A DNA stretch of 64,000 bases from Thermoplasmata archaeon (GTDB lineage: Archaea; Thermoplasmatota; Thermoplasmata; Lutacidiplasmatales; UBA184): contig DATJVA010000001.1 of NCBI GenBank assembly GCA_035502015.1, forward strand, positions 676-64,675, written 5' to 3'. Made by a program: the position numbers and the translations under genes. The stretch's first letter is position 1. Each line of letters begins with the position of its first letter. Under the pieces are notes generated by a model. That model saw only the letters and a list, made by a program, of their open reading frames with translations. It did not search any database and was not told where the DNA came from. Positions 56,540-64,000 of this stretch are shown in pieces.

Positions 56540-56892
56540 CTACTCCTCGCTCTTGTTCGCCCGGCGTCGCGCGCGAACGGTAGGGGTGGGGCTCGGGAAG
56601 AACTCCTCCCACTGCGCGACCAACGCTTCGCGTCGGTCCGCTCCGGCCTCGGAGCGTCCACGACGTCCGAACAACGGGTCGTGCACATCCCGCACTTCCC
56701 GTAGGAATCCGGCCGGGTCCGCGCTCGCCTTCTCGAAACCATACAGAATGAGCTGACGTAAGAACGACGACCGGCCCCGCCAGCCGATGCGTCGGCGGAC
56801 CGCCGGGTTCAGGTGGCGCTTCGCGAGGCGCCAGACCTCGTTCGTCGTCCGATAGTCACGGGCTGAGAGGCCGATCATGACCTGAGGCATAC
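56540..56892 (-). CDS. Hypothetical protein (117 aa) between ubiA and arcS
   Basis: Real-looking codon usage. It is the 3' part of shadow ORF 56540..58102. MPQVMIGLSARDYRTTNEVWRLAKRHLNP... Confidence 0.35.
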
Positions 56893-56958
56893 CGATCGGT
56901 CCCCGCGAGCCCGGAGGAGCTATTGAGCTAGTTCCCGAGCTCCAACCTTGCAATTCGC

Positions 56959-57846
56959 TTAGAGAACCCACGCCGGGCCGAGCGGAACGAATACGGCCAA
57001 CGCAACTCCCGCAAGATAGAACAGGCTCATCGCGAAGTGGCGCTCGAACGGGACCCTCGCCGCGGTCGGGTTCTTCGCGAGGTCCCGGTCGGTGACCACG
57101 ATGAGCAGGCCGATCGCGACGATCGCCACGAAGTAGGCGGTCGTCAGGTGGAGCGCGAGCCCGAACGCCACGAAGAGCGCGAGCGCGGTCGCGTGGAGGG
57201 CGGGGACGAGGCGCACGGAAGCGGGAACGCCCCAGCGGACCGGGACGGAGAACAGTCCGAGCGCGCGGTCGCTCTCGACGTCGCCCAGGCTGTGGATCGT
57301 CTCGAAGGCGGTGCCCCACGCGAGCAGGGCCGCGACGGCGATCAACACCTCGAGCGGCAAGCTCCCCGTGACCGCGATGTAGACGGCCGCCGGGGTGATC
57401 GCCTGGACGAGGCCGAGGAAGGCGGTCGTGAACGTGGTGACGCGTTTCGTGTAGCTGTAGCCGAGGACGATCACGAGCGCGACCGGGGCGAGCACGAAGG
57501 CTAGCGGGTTCAGCAGGTACGCCGCCACGACCAGGAGCGCGGAATTCGCCGCGCAGAACACAAGAGCGAAGGCGGGCGAGTACCGGCCGGTGACGAGGGC
57601 CCGCTGCTGGGTCCGCGGGTTCGCCGCGTCGAGCCGGCGGTCCGCCCATCGGTTGAACGAGTGGCCGGCGTTCCGCGCGGCCACGAACGCGACCACGACC
57701 CACAGGAGCGTCCAGCCGCTGGGGCGACCGTTCGAGGCGAGGAGGAGGAAGGCGAGCGCGAAGGAGAGGTTGAGGCCGAGGGTCTGGATCTCCAGGAAGC
57801 GGCCGAGGCTCTTCGCCGCCCCCTCCGTCGGTGCGGGCGCCGTCAT
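56959..57846 (-). CDS. ubiA: UbiA-family aromatic prenyltransferase
   Basis: 295 aa, 8-9 TM. NRWADRRLD (first Asp-rich motif) and ...GDVESD (second). Its start shares 1 nt with the ubiD stop. Confidence 0.85.
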   Translation of the reverse strand: MTAPAPTEGAAKSLGRFLEIQTLGLNLSFALAFLLLASNGRPSGWTLLWVVVAFVAARNAGHSFNRWADRRLDAANPRTQQRALVTGRYSPAFALVFCAANSALLVVAAYLLNPLAFVLAPVALVIVLGYSYTKRVTTFTTAFLGLVQAITPAAVYIAVTGSLPLEVLIAVAALLAWGTAFETIHSLGDVESDRALGLFSVPVRWGVPASVRLVPALHATALALFVAFGLALHLTTAYFVAIVAIGLLIVVTDRDLAKNPTAARVPFERHFAMSLFYLAGVALAVFVPLGPAWVL

Positions 57847-59375
57847 CACGGCTTCGACCGGCCGAGGAGCCGGGCGAGGACCGGGTCGTCTCGAAGAACG
57901 CGTTCCGCCGTGGCGGCGGCGGTCGGGTCCGAGCGGATCTCCTCGGGCCAGGGTCGGGGAAAGCCGTCCTCCGGTCGCTTGCGCGTCGCGTCGATGCCGA
58001 CCTTTGCCCCAAGGTTCGGCACGGGATTCGAGATCGAGAGCTGGTCGACCGGGCCGCGCGAGAGCTCGAAGTCCGTGCCGGGGTCGGCCTGCAGCCCCAC
58101 ACGATAGAGGACCTCGGAGAGGTCGTGGACGTCCACGTCGTCGTCGACGACGATGAGGTACCGGACGAACATCATCTGGCCTAGGCCCCAGAGGGCGTGC
58201 ATCACCTTCCGGGGGTGGTCGGGGTACGCCTTCCGGATGGAGACGATCCCGACGTTGATGAACAGCCCCTCCATCGGGAGGTTCATGTCGACGACCTCGG
58301 GGAGGACCATCCGGATCACGGGTCGGAAGACCCGCTCCACGGCCTTGCCGAGGACCGCGTCCTCGGTGGGTGGTTTCCCGGTGACCGTGGTCAGATAGAC
58401 CGGCCGGCTCCGATGGGTGATGCGGGTCACGTGGAAGACCGGGAACGGCTCCGGGGCCGAGTAGTATCCCGTGTGGTCCCCGAACGGCCCCTCCACGGTC
58501 CGCTCGACCGGGTCGACGTATCCCTCGAGAACGACCTCGGCGTTCGCCGGTACTTCGAGGTCGACCGACCGCGCCGGCACGAGCTCGACCGATTCGCCCC
58601 GCAGAAAGCCGGCGAAGACGAAGTTGGAGATCCCTTCGGGCACGGGAGCAAGGCCCGAGAACAACGTCGCGGGGTCGGTGCCGATCACCGCGGCGACGGG
58701 CATCCGTTCTCCCCGCGCGGCCCACTTGCGGTAGTTGTTCGCCCCGACGCGGTGCACCTGGAAGTGCATCCCGAGCGTGTCGGGCCCGTACTGCTGGAGG
58801 CGGTAGATGCCGGTGTGGGACTCGCCGGTCTCCGGGTCCTTGGTGATGACGACCGGGAAGGTGACGGTCCGGCCACCGTCCTTCGGCCAGCATTTCAGGA
58901 TCGGGAGCCGGCCCAGGTCGACCGAGCTCTCCTCGACCTCCTGGCAAGGAGCTGAACGGACCCTCTTCGGGGCGAGCGAGCGGAGCGTCGAGAGAGCGTC
59001 GATGGTACCGGAGAGGTCCCGAACGGCTCCGAGGATCCCGGCGGGCGGACGCAGGTGCACGAGGCGCTCGACGCGGTCGGCCACCTCCTCGACCGAGCGG
59101 GCGTCGAGGGCCGCCGCGATGCGTCGCGTCGACCCGAGGAGGTTCGTGACGACCGGCATGGTTGCTCCCGGAACGTTCTCGAAGAGGAGAGCCGGACCGT
59201 CCGCGCGAAGGACCCGTTGCGTGACCTCGGTGACCTCGAGGTCTCTCGAGACCGGCGTCTTGACCCGCACGAGGTCGCCCTGCGCTTCGAGCGACGAGAG
59301 GAACTCCCCGAGGGACCGGAACGTCACGAACGCCGTCGAACCGCCCAACTTATTAAACGAGGGGGAGGGGGTCAA
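57846..59375 (-). CDS. ubiD: UbiD-family (prenylated-FMN-dependent) decarboxylase; non-ATG start (TTG at 59375 or GTG at 59327)
   Basis: ...FRSLGEFLSSLEAQGDLVRVKTPVS... is a UbiD N-terminus; about 500 aa. Confidence 0.85.
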   Translation of the reverse strand: MTPSPSFNKLGGSTAFVTFRSLGEFLSSLEAQGDLVRVKTPVSRDLEVTEVTQRVLRADGPALLFENVPGATMPVVTNLLGSTRRIAAALDARSVEEVADRVERLVHLRPPAGILGAVRDLSGTIDALSTLRSLAPKRVRSAPCQEVEESSVDLGRLPILKCWPKDGGRTVTFPVVITKDPETGESHTGIYRLQQYGPDTLGMHFQVHRVGANNYRKWAARGERMPVAAVIGTDPATLFSGLAPVPEGISNFVFAGFLRGESVELVPARSVDLEVPANAEVVLEGYVDPVERTVEGPFGDHTGYYSAPEPFPVFHVTRITHRSRPVYLTTVTGKPPTEDAVLGKAVERVFRPVIRMVLPEVVDMNLPMEGLFINVGIVSIRKAYPDHPRKVMHALWGLGQMMFVRYLIVVDDDVDVHDLSEVLYRVGLQADPGTDFELSRGPVDQLSISNPVPNLGAKVGIDATRKRPEDGFPRPWPEEIRSDPTAAATAERVLRDDPVLARLLGRSKP

Positions 59376-59407
59376 GGTTCATATCGGAACCTCCGGTCGG
59401 CCCGTCG

Positions 59408-60142
59408 ATGCAGACCGTCACCCTCGAGGTCCGGACGGAGGACCTCGCCCTCCTCGGCTTGATCCCGGAAGGGTTGTTCGAGAAGTACGAGGAGGTCGAG
59501 CTCCTCGAGACGCTCCGTCTGGAGCAGGGGTGGCGCCTCCAGCTCCTGCGGGTTCGCCGGCGCGGGCCGCTGCGGACCGCCTCCGAACTCGAGCGCGAGT
59601 CCCGACGGATCCGGTCGGTCTACGGCCTCGAGAGCTTCGAGCTCGTCGAACGGCGTCCCCGCACCCACGACTACATCCTCCTCGTCCGGCAGCGCAACCC
59701 CGAACGCCTCCGCCGGCTCCTCTCGCTCGCGGGAGGCGAGATCTCCCCGACCGCCCCGTTCCGGCTCACGGCCGAGAAGGTCATCGCCACGTTCCATGGC
59801 CAGGAGCGAGCGCTTCGGCGCGTGCTGAAGCGTCTCGACCGCGAGGAGTTCCCATACCGCGTGGTCCGGGCGTCGGGGCGGCCGTACGTCCCCGACGAAG
59901 GGGCGACGCCGCTCACGCCGCTCCAGTCGCGGCTGCTCGCGCGGGCGTGGGTGATGGGCTACTATGCGGTACCGAGACGGATCACGCTGACCCGGCTCGC
60001 TCAGCAGACCGGTCGCAGCGCTCCGGCGCTCGGAAAAGTGCTACGTCGGGCCGAGGGTCGCATCGTGGCCCGATGGCTCGCGACCGAAGGTACGGTTCCC
60101 GAGAGCGACCCGGCCGAGCCGACGGCCGCGCGGGAATCGTAA
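59408..60142 (+). CDS. Transcriptional regulator with C-terminal HTH_10 (Bat/DmsR-type) domain
   Basis: LTPLQSRLLARAWVMGYYAVPRRITLTRLAQQTGRSAPALGKVLRRAEGRIV is an HTH_10 signature. Divergent from ubiD. Confidence 0.65.
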   Translation: MQTVTLEVRTEDLALLGLIPEGLFEKYEEVELLETLRLEQGWRLQLLRVRRRGPLRTASELERESRRIRSVYGLESFELVERRPRTHDYILLVRQRNPERLRRLLSLAGGEISPTAPFRLTAEKVIATFHGQERALRRVLKRLDREEFPYRVVRASGRPYVPDEGATPLTPLQSRLLARAWVMGYYAVPRRITLTRLAQQTGRSAPALGKVLRRAEGRIVARWLATEGTVPESDPAEPTAARES

Positions 60143-60167
60143 AGAGACCGGCGAGCTCCCGACCTCC

Positions 60168-60611
60168 GTGCCACGCCGGGCGCGGACCGTACGGGTAGAG
60201 CGGGTCCCCGGGGCCAGCGAGGTTCCCCTTCCCGCGCGAGCGACCCGGGGCTCCGCGTGCTTCGACCTCGCGAGCGCGGAAGCGGTCGACCTCGAGCACG
60301 GCCGAGTCACGCTCGTGCGGACGGGGCTCAAGATGCGCTGCCCCCGCGGGACGTTCCTCGAGGTTCGTCCTCGCAGCGGCCTCAGCAGCCGAGGGGTCCT
60401 CATGGTGAACGCGCCGGGAACGATTGACTCCGACTACTCCGGCGAGGTCCGGGTCCCGATGACGTTCCTTTTCGAGGGGCGGTATCGCATCGAGGTGGGG
60501 GACCGGATCGGACAGGTGCGTCTCGTCTCGGACGAACCGGCCGTCTTCCGCCCCGGTCGGGTGGACACCGTGCGCTCCCGGGCCGGCGGCTTCGGCAGCA
60601 CGGGTCGCTAA
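60168..60611 (+). CDS. dut: dUTP diphosphatase (trimeric dUTPase)
   Basis: All five dUTPase motifs: SACFDL, RPRSGLSSRG, GTIDSDYSGE, GDRIGQV, RAGGFGSTG. Confidence 0.9.
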   Translation: MPRRARTVRVERVPGASEVPLPARATRGSACFDLASAEAVDLEHGRVTLVRTGLKMRCPRGTFLEVRPRSGLSSRGVLMVNAPGTIDSDYSGEVRVPMTFLFEGRYRIEVGDRIGQVRLVSDEPAVFRPGRVDTVRSRAGGFGSTGR

Positions 60612-62212
60612 GGGAACTCCGACAGGATCCTCTGCCTGCGCTTCGGCTCGGGAGGCGGAGGGGGCCGACCCTTCACCACCTCATCCTGGATCTCCTCGAG
60701 CATCTCGTGCATCCGACGTTCCCGCGAGAAGGCGGAGCGGTTGAGCCCGACGTCCCGGGTCCCTTCCGCAACGAGCACGACGGCGCGCCCGGTCCGGGCC
60801 CGGCCGGTCCGCCCGCGGCGTTGGATCGTACGGATCACGTCCGGGACCGGCTCGTAGAAGACGACGAGGTCGGTCGCGGGAATGTCGAGCCCTTCCTCGG
60901 CGACCGAGGTGGCGACGAGACAATTGACCGTACCCGCGCGGAACTGGTCGAGGATCGCGACCTGGTCGCGTTGCGAGATCCCGAGGTCCGTTCCCCGGCT
61001 CGCTTGGCCCACGAACCGGGCCGCCCGGACCTCGGGGTCCCCTAGCCGCTGCGCTTCCGCGACGATCCGGTCGACGGTCTCACGGTACTGGGCGAAGACG
61101 ATCACTCTCGCCCGGGGGTTGCGGTGAAGTTCCCCGCTGAGGACCTCCATCGTCTTCGCGAGCTTCGGTAGCTCCACCTTCAGGGTCGGGAGCCGACGCA
61201 CCACCTCCTCAACGTCCGGGTCCTGGAAGAACGCCCGAAGCGACGGGGTCCAACGCTTCCCTTCGCCGGGTCGCTGACGGCGGAGATAGTCGCGAAGGGA
61301 GTCGACCCCTTGCGTCTCGACCAGGAGGAGGGCATGGAGGCCCTTCATCGCGGCGGCCTGCGCGGTCACCGCTTTCCACAGAGGTCCCGACGCCGTGCCC
61401 GACCGGGCCTGCTCCGCCTCGATCTGGTGATGCACGCGGCTGCGTACCTCGAGGAGCACGCGGCGGGTCGCCTCGCCCGGCGGCAGCAGGTCCAGGCTCC
61501 GGAGGACGTCCACCTGACGCTGGACCGCGGCGCGAAGTAGGACCGCAAGGTGGCGTACTTCCGGGGGTACGGGCACCTCGACGGTCTCGACACCGACCCC
61601 ATGGATGTACGGGGCGACGTCCGGACTCGTTTCGGTCCGATATTCGAACCGCTCGATCCCGAGGTTCGCCCACACCTCCCGGATCCGTCGACGACTACCA
61701 CCGGGGGACGCCGTCATGGCGAGCACCCGGGCCTTGGGCCCCTCACGGTTGGCCTTCGCGATCGCGACGTACGGGTAATCCCCGACCGCCCGGTGCGCCT
61801 CGTCAAAGACGATCAGGGAGAACGTGTCGAGCGGGAACTGCCGCGCCTCGAGGTCGTTTCCGATGACCTGCGGGGTCGCCACGACGACCTGCGGAGGGTG
61901 CAGGAGGGCGGCGCGCCGATCGGGTGGGATCGCGCCCGTGAACGTGAGCGGATCCGGAGCGAGGAGAGTGCGCGCGACCTCCCGAGCATGCTGGACGACC
62001 AGCGGTCGGGTCGGTGCCAGGAACAGCACCGACTGCGTGGGCGCGCGGCGAAGGTACTCCGCGGCCACCCGGAGCGCGACCGGGGTCTTGCCGAGGCCGG
62101 TCGGAAGGACGACCAGGGTGTTGTGCTCGGCAGCGGTCTCCGCGATGCTGGCCTGGTAGAGCCGCTCCTCGAGAGTGCCCGGACGGACCCGAGGATGCTC
62201 TACGGAGGTCAT
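60608..62212 (-). CDS. hef: Hef/FANCM-family DEAH helicase (helicase domains only; no ERCC4 nuclease/HhH2 in this ORF)
   Basis: ERLYQ...LPTGLGKT (motif I), FDEAHRAVG (II), MTASPG (III), helicase-C with QRRGRTGR (VI). 534 aa. Confidence 0.8.
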   Translation of the reverse strand: MTSVEHPRVRPGTLEERLYQASIAETAAEHNTLVVLPTGLGKTPVALRVAAEYLRRAPTQSVLFLAPTRPLVVQHAREVARTLLAPDPLTFTGAIPPDRRAALLHPPQVVVATPQVIGNDLEARQFPLDTFSLIVFDEAHRAVGDYPYVAIAKANREGPKARVLAMTASPGGSRRRIREVWANLGIERFEYRTETSPDVAPYIHGVGVETVEVPVPPEVRHLAVLLRAAVQRQVDVLRSLDLLPPGEATRRVLLEVRSRVHHQIEAEQARSGTASGPLWKAVTAQAAAMKGLHALLLVETQGVDSLRDYLRRQRPGEGKRWTPSLRAFFQDPDVEEVVRRLPTLKVELPKLAKTMEVLSGELHRNPRARVIVFAQYRETVDRIVAEAQRLGDPEVRAARFVGQASRGTDLGISQRDQVAILDQFRAGTVNCLVATSVAEEGLDIPATDLVVFYEPVPDVIRTIQRRGRTGRARTGRAVVLVAEGTRDVGLNRSAFSRERRMHEMLEEIQDEVVKGRPPPPPEPKRRQRILSEFP

Positions 62213-62239
62213 CGGCCGCGCTCGGCCCGTGCAGCGGCC

Positions 62240-62256
62240 ACGGCTTTAATAGGGGA
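62240..62256 (+). promoter_or_regulatory. TATA-like TTTAATA about 24 nt upstream of the GT2 ATG (leaderless promoter candidate)
   Basis: ggctttaatagggg read directly. Confidence 0.3.
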
Positions 62257-62271
62257 CGTCTGCGGCGAGCG

Positions 62272-63414
62272 ATGGTCCCCCTCTGGGTCGAACTCGTGCT
62301 CCTCGCAATTTCCGTGGGGGTGCTCCTCTACCAGGGATTCGCGCTCCTCTTGGCAGCCCAGATGCCCCGCCTCGACCCTTCCCCCCCGACCACGGTTCGG
62401 GATGCGCTTCCGACCGTCAGCGTGATCATCGCGGCTAGGAACGAGGAACAGGACCTGCCGGCGACGCTCGACGACCTCCTCGTCCAGGACTACCCGGGCC
62501 TCGAGATCATCGTGGTGGAGGACGGCTCCACGGACCGCACGGGAGCCGTGATCGACGCCCGCGCGCCGGCCGTGCGTCGGGTCGACCCTCCCCCGCTCCC
62601 CGACGGATGGGTCGGAAAGAGCTGGGCCTGCTGGAACGGCGCCCGGGCGGCGACCGGCGAATGGTTCCTCTTCATGGACGCGGACGTGAGGACCCACCCG
62701 ACCGCGGTGCGCACCACGATGGAGTGGGCGCTCCGGGAGCACGCGGACCTCACAACGATCGCTCCCCAGGTCGAGATGAGGACGTTCTGGGAGCGACTCG
62801 TCCTGCCGTTCTACATCCAGGTGGTGCTGACGTACTTCCGGACTCCGCACGTCAACCGCCCCGGCTCGAAGACCGCGATGGCGAACGGACAGTACTGGCT
62901 CACGCCCCGAACGACCTACGAGGCGATGGGCGGTCACGAGGCGATCCGGTCGATCGTCCTCGAGGACGTCGCGATCGCCCGTCGCTACCGGGCGGCGGGG
63001 CGAGCGATCCGCGTGGCATGGGCCCCCCGCCTCGCTGAGACCCGGATGTACCGGAACCGCAAGGAGATGTTCGAGGGACTCCTCAAGAACATCCACGGTA
63101 CCGAGTTCTCGGCCGCGCGACTCGTCGGGTCGATCGCGGGCCTCATCGGACTGTTCCTGCTGCCCCTTGGGCTGCTACCGCTCGGGCTGCTGACCGGCTC
63201 GCTCGCGCTCACGGTGATGGGCGGGATCCTGTACTTTGCGTTGTTCGGTAAGCACGTGGTCTTCGCGCGCGCGGTCGGGTCCCGGGCGGTGTACGGGCTT
63301 CTCTTCCCCATCGCGGTCGCCTACTACGTCGTGCTGGTCGCCACCTCGCTCGGTCGCGGCCTCCGGGGAAAGCCGGTCGCGTGGAAGGGTCGCGCGTACC
63401 CGATGCACCCGTAG
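62272..63414 (+). CDS. Family-2 glycosyltransferase with C-terminal TM helices
   Basis: VSVIIAARNEE ... VEDGSTD ... FMDADV (DxD) is the GT2/GT-A signature. Frame verified. Confidence 0.8.
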   Translation: MVPLWVELVLLAISVGVLLYQGFALLLAAQMPRLDPSPPTTVRDALPTVSVIIAARNEEQDLPATLDDLLVQDYPGLEIIVVEDGSTDRTGAVIDARAPAVRRVDPPPLPDGWVGKSWACWNGARAATGEWFLFMDADVRTHPTAVRTTMEWALREHADLTTIAPQVEMRTFWERLVLPFYIQVVLTYFRTPHVNRPGSKTAMANGQYWLTPRTTYEAMGGHEAIRSIVLEDVAIARRYRAAGRAIRVAWAPRLAETRMYRNRKEMFEGLLKNIHGTEFSAARLVGSIAGLIGLFLLPLGLLPLGLLTGSLALTVMGGILYFALFGKHVVFARAVGSRAVYGLLFPIAVAYYVVLVATSLGRGLRGKPVAWKGRAYPMHP

Positions 63415-63465
63415 CGCGGCGCCCCGAACCTCTAAGAGGTCCTCCGGCCGTGGCGGCGCGCTGCC

Positions 63466-64000
63466 ATGGCCGCTCGCATCGACTCGAGGTTCGAGCTCGT
63501 CATCGAAGGTCACGAGGTCCCGGGTACTCGGGGGGAACACCGTCCGGTCGTCGACCCGGCGACCAACCTCCCGTTCGCCGAGGTGGCGGTGGCCACCCGG
63601 GACGACGCACGCCACGCGATGGAGGTCGCCGACCGCGCTTTCCGCGAGTCGAACTGGGCGGCGGACGATGGCGCGCGTCGAGGGAAGGCGCTCTACCGAC
63701 TCGCCGCATTGCTCGACGGGCAGTCGGAAGAGTTCGCCCGCCTCGAGACGCTGAACGTCGGCAAGCCGCTGCGCGAGTCGCGCGTCGACATCGGCTACGT
63801 GGTCCGCACGCTCGAGTACTTCGCGGGCGCCGCCGACAAGCTCGAGGGCGAGACGATCGCCGTCCCCGGCCCCCGGTTCGACTACACGCTGCGCGAGCCG
63901 CTCGGCGTGACGGTCCACATCGCCCCCTGGAACTACCCGCTGCTCCTCGCCATACGCGCGGTCGCCCCCGCGCTCGCCGCGGGGAACGCTGTCGTGCTCA
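63466..64000 (+). CDS. Aldehyde dehydrogenase family protein (3' end truncated by window edge)
   Basis: ...EVAVATRDDARHAMEVADRAF..W...RGKALYRLA..L......LE..NVGKPL..S..D... is an ALDH N-terminal pattern. Confidence 0.8.
   Translation, partial: MAARIDSRFELVIEGHEVPGTRGEHRPVVDPATNLPFAEVAVATRDDARHAMEVADRAFRESNWAADDGARRGKALYRLAALLDGQSEEFARLETLNVGKPLRESRVDIGYVVRTLEYFAGAADKLEGETIAVPGPRFDYTLREPLGVTVHIAPWNYPLLLAIRAVAPALAAGNAVVL

Noticed and set aside
54505-58947. ORFs 54505..56370(+), 54698..55369(-), 56540..58102(-) 5' part, and the 5' 367 codons of 56959..58947(-)
   Set aside because: Antisense or out of frame to arcS and ubiA/ubiD. Only the 3' 117 codons of 56540..58102 and the 3' 295 codons of 56959..58947 have coherent protein-like sequence.

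Overview
This 64-kb window is a densely coding, high-GC (about 68-70%) stretch of an archaeal chromosome. I did not recognise one single planted system; the most unusual loci are the three listed as highlights below.

The archaeal assignment rests on an A-type (A1A0) ATP synthase operon, archaeal ribosomal proteins L37e, S15 and an Sm-like protein, an archaeal-type Trp-tRNA ligase, family-B DNA polymerase, archaeosine synthase, an HTH_10 regulator and a RIO kinase. DNA gyrase subunit A is present and the proteins are not acidic. I infer from this, without any database confirmation, a gyrase-bearing, non-halophilic euryarchaeon, possibly Thermoplasmatota-like.

Most genes are tightly packed, with many ATGA / TGATG stop-start overlaps that suggest translational coupling. 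Several genes appear leaderless, with a TATA-like element about 27 nt upstream of the ATG. Others have strong GGAGG-type ribosome-binding sites. Coordinates of ORF-derived CDSs include the stop codon.

Highlights:
- The catalytic A subunit of the ATP synthase carries a 458-aa LAGLIDADG intein in its P-loop.
- An apparently inactivated PolB paralog sits in an operon with a degenerate RecA-like ORF, a HEAT-repeat protein and a GNAT acetyltransferase.
- A polyphosphate/phosphate island contains a CHAD protein divergent from Ppx/GppA plus two tandem thymidylate-kinase-fold kinases, a SixA-like phosphatase, a PhoU-like regulator, a perfect 14-bp palindrome operator candidate and a 25%-GC AT-rich island with repeated CTATAG palindromes.
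- A tandem classical C2H2 zinc-finger protein is present, which is rare in archaea.
- An ArcS-like archaeosine synthase gene has its 3' end running 15 nt into a tRNA-Val(TAC) gene.
- A Hef/FANCM-family helicase lacks a nuclease domain.
- An SPPY amino-DNA-methyltransferase has no recognisable restriction partner.

No CRISPR array, transposase or rRNA gene was seen. Many long ORFs in the track are GC-driven shadow ORFs and were rejected.
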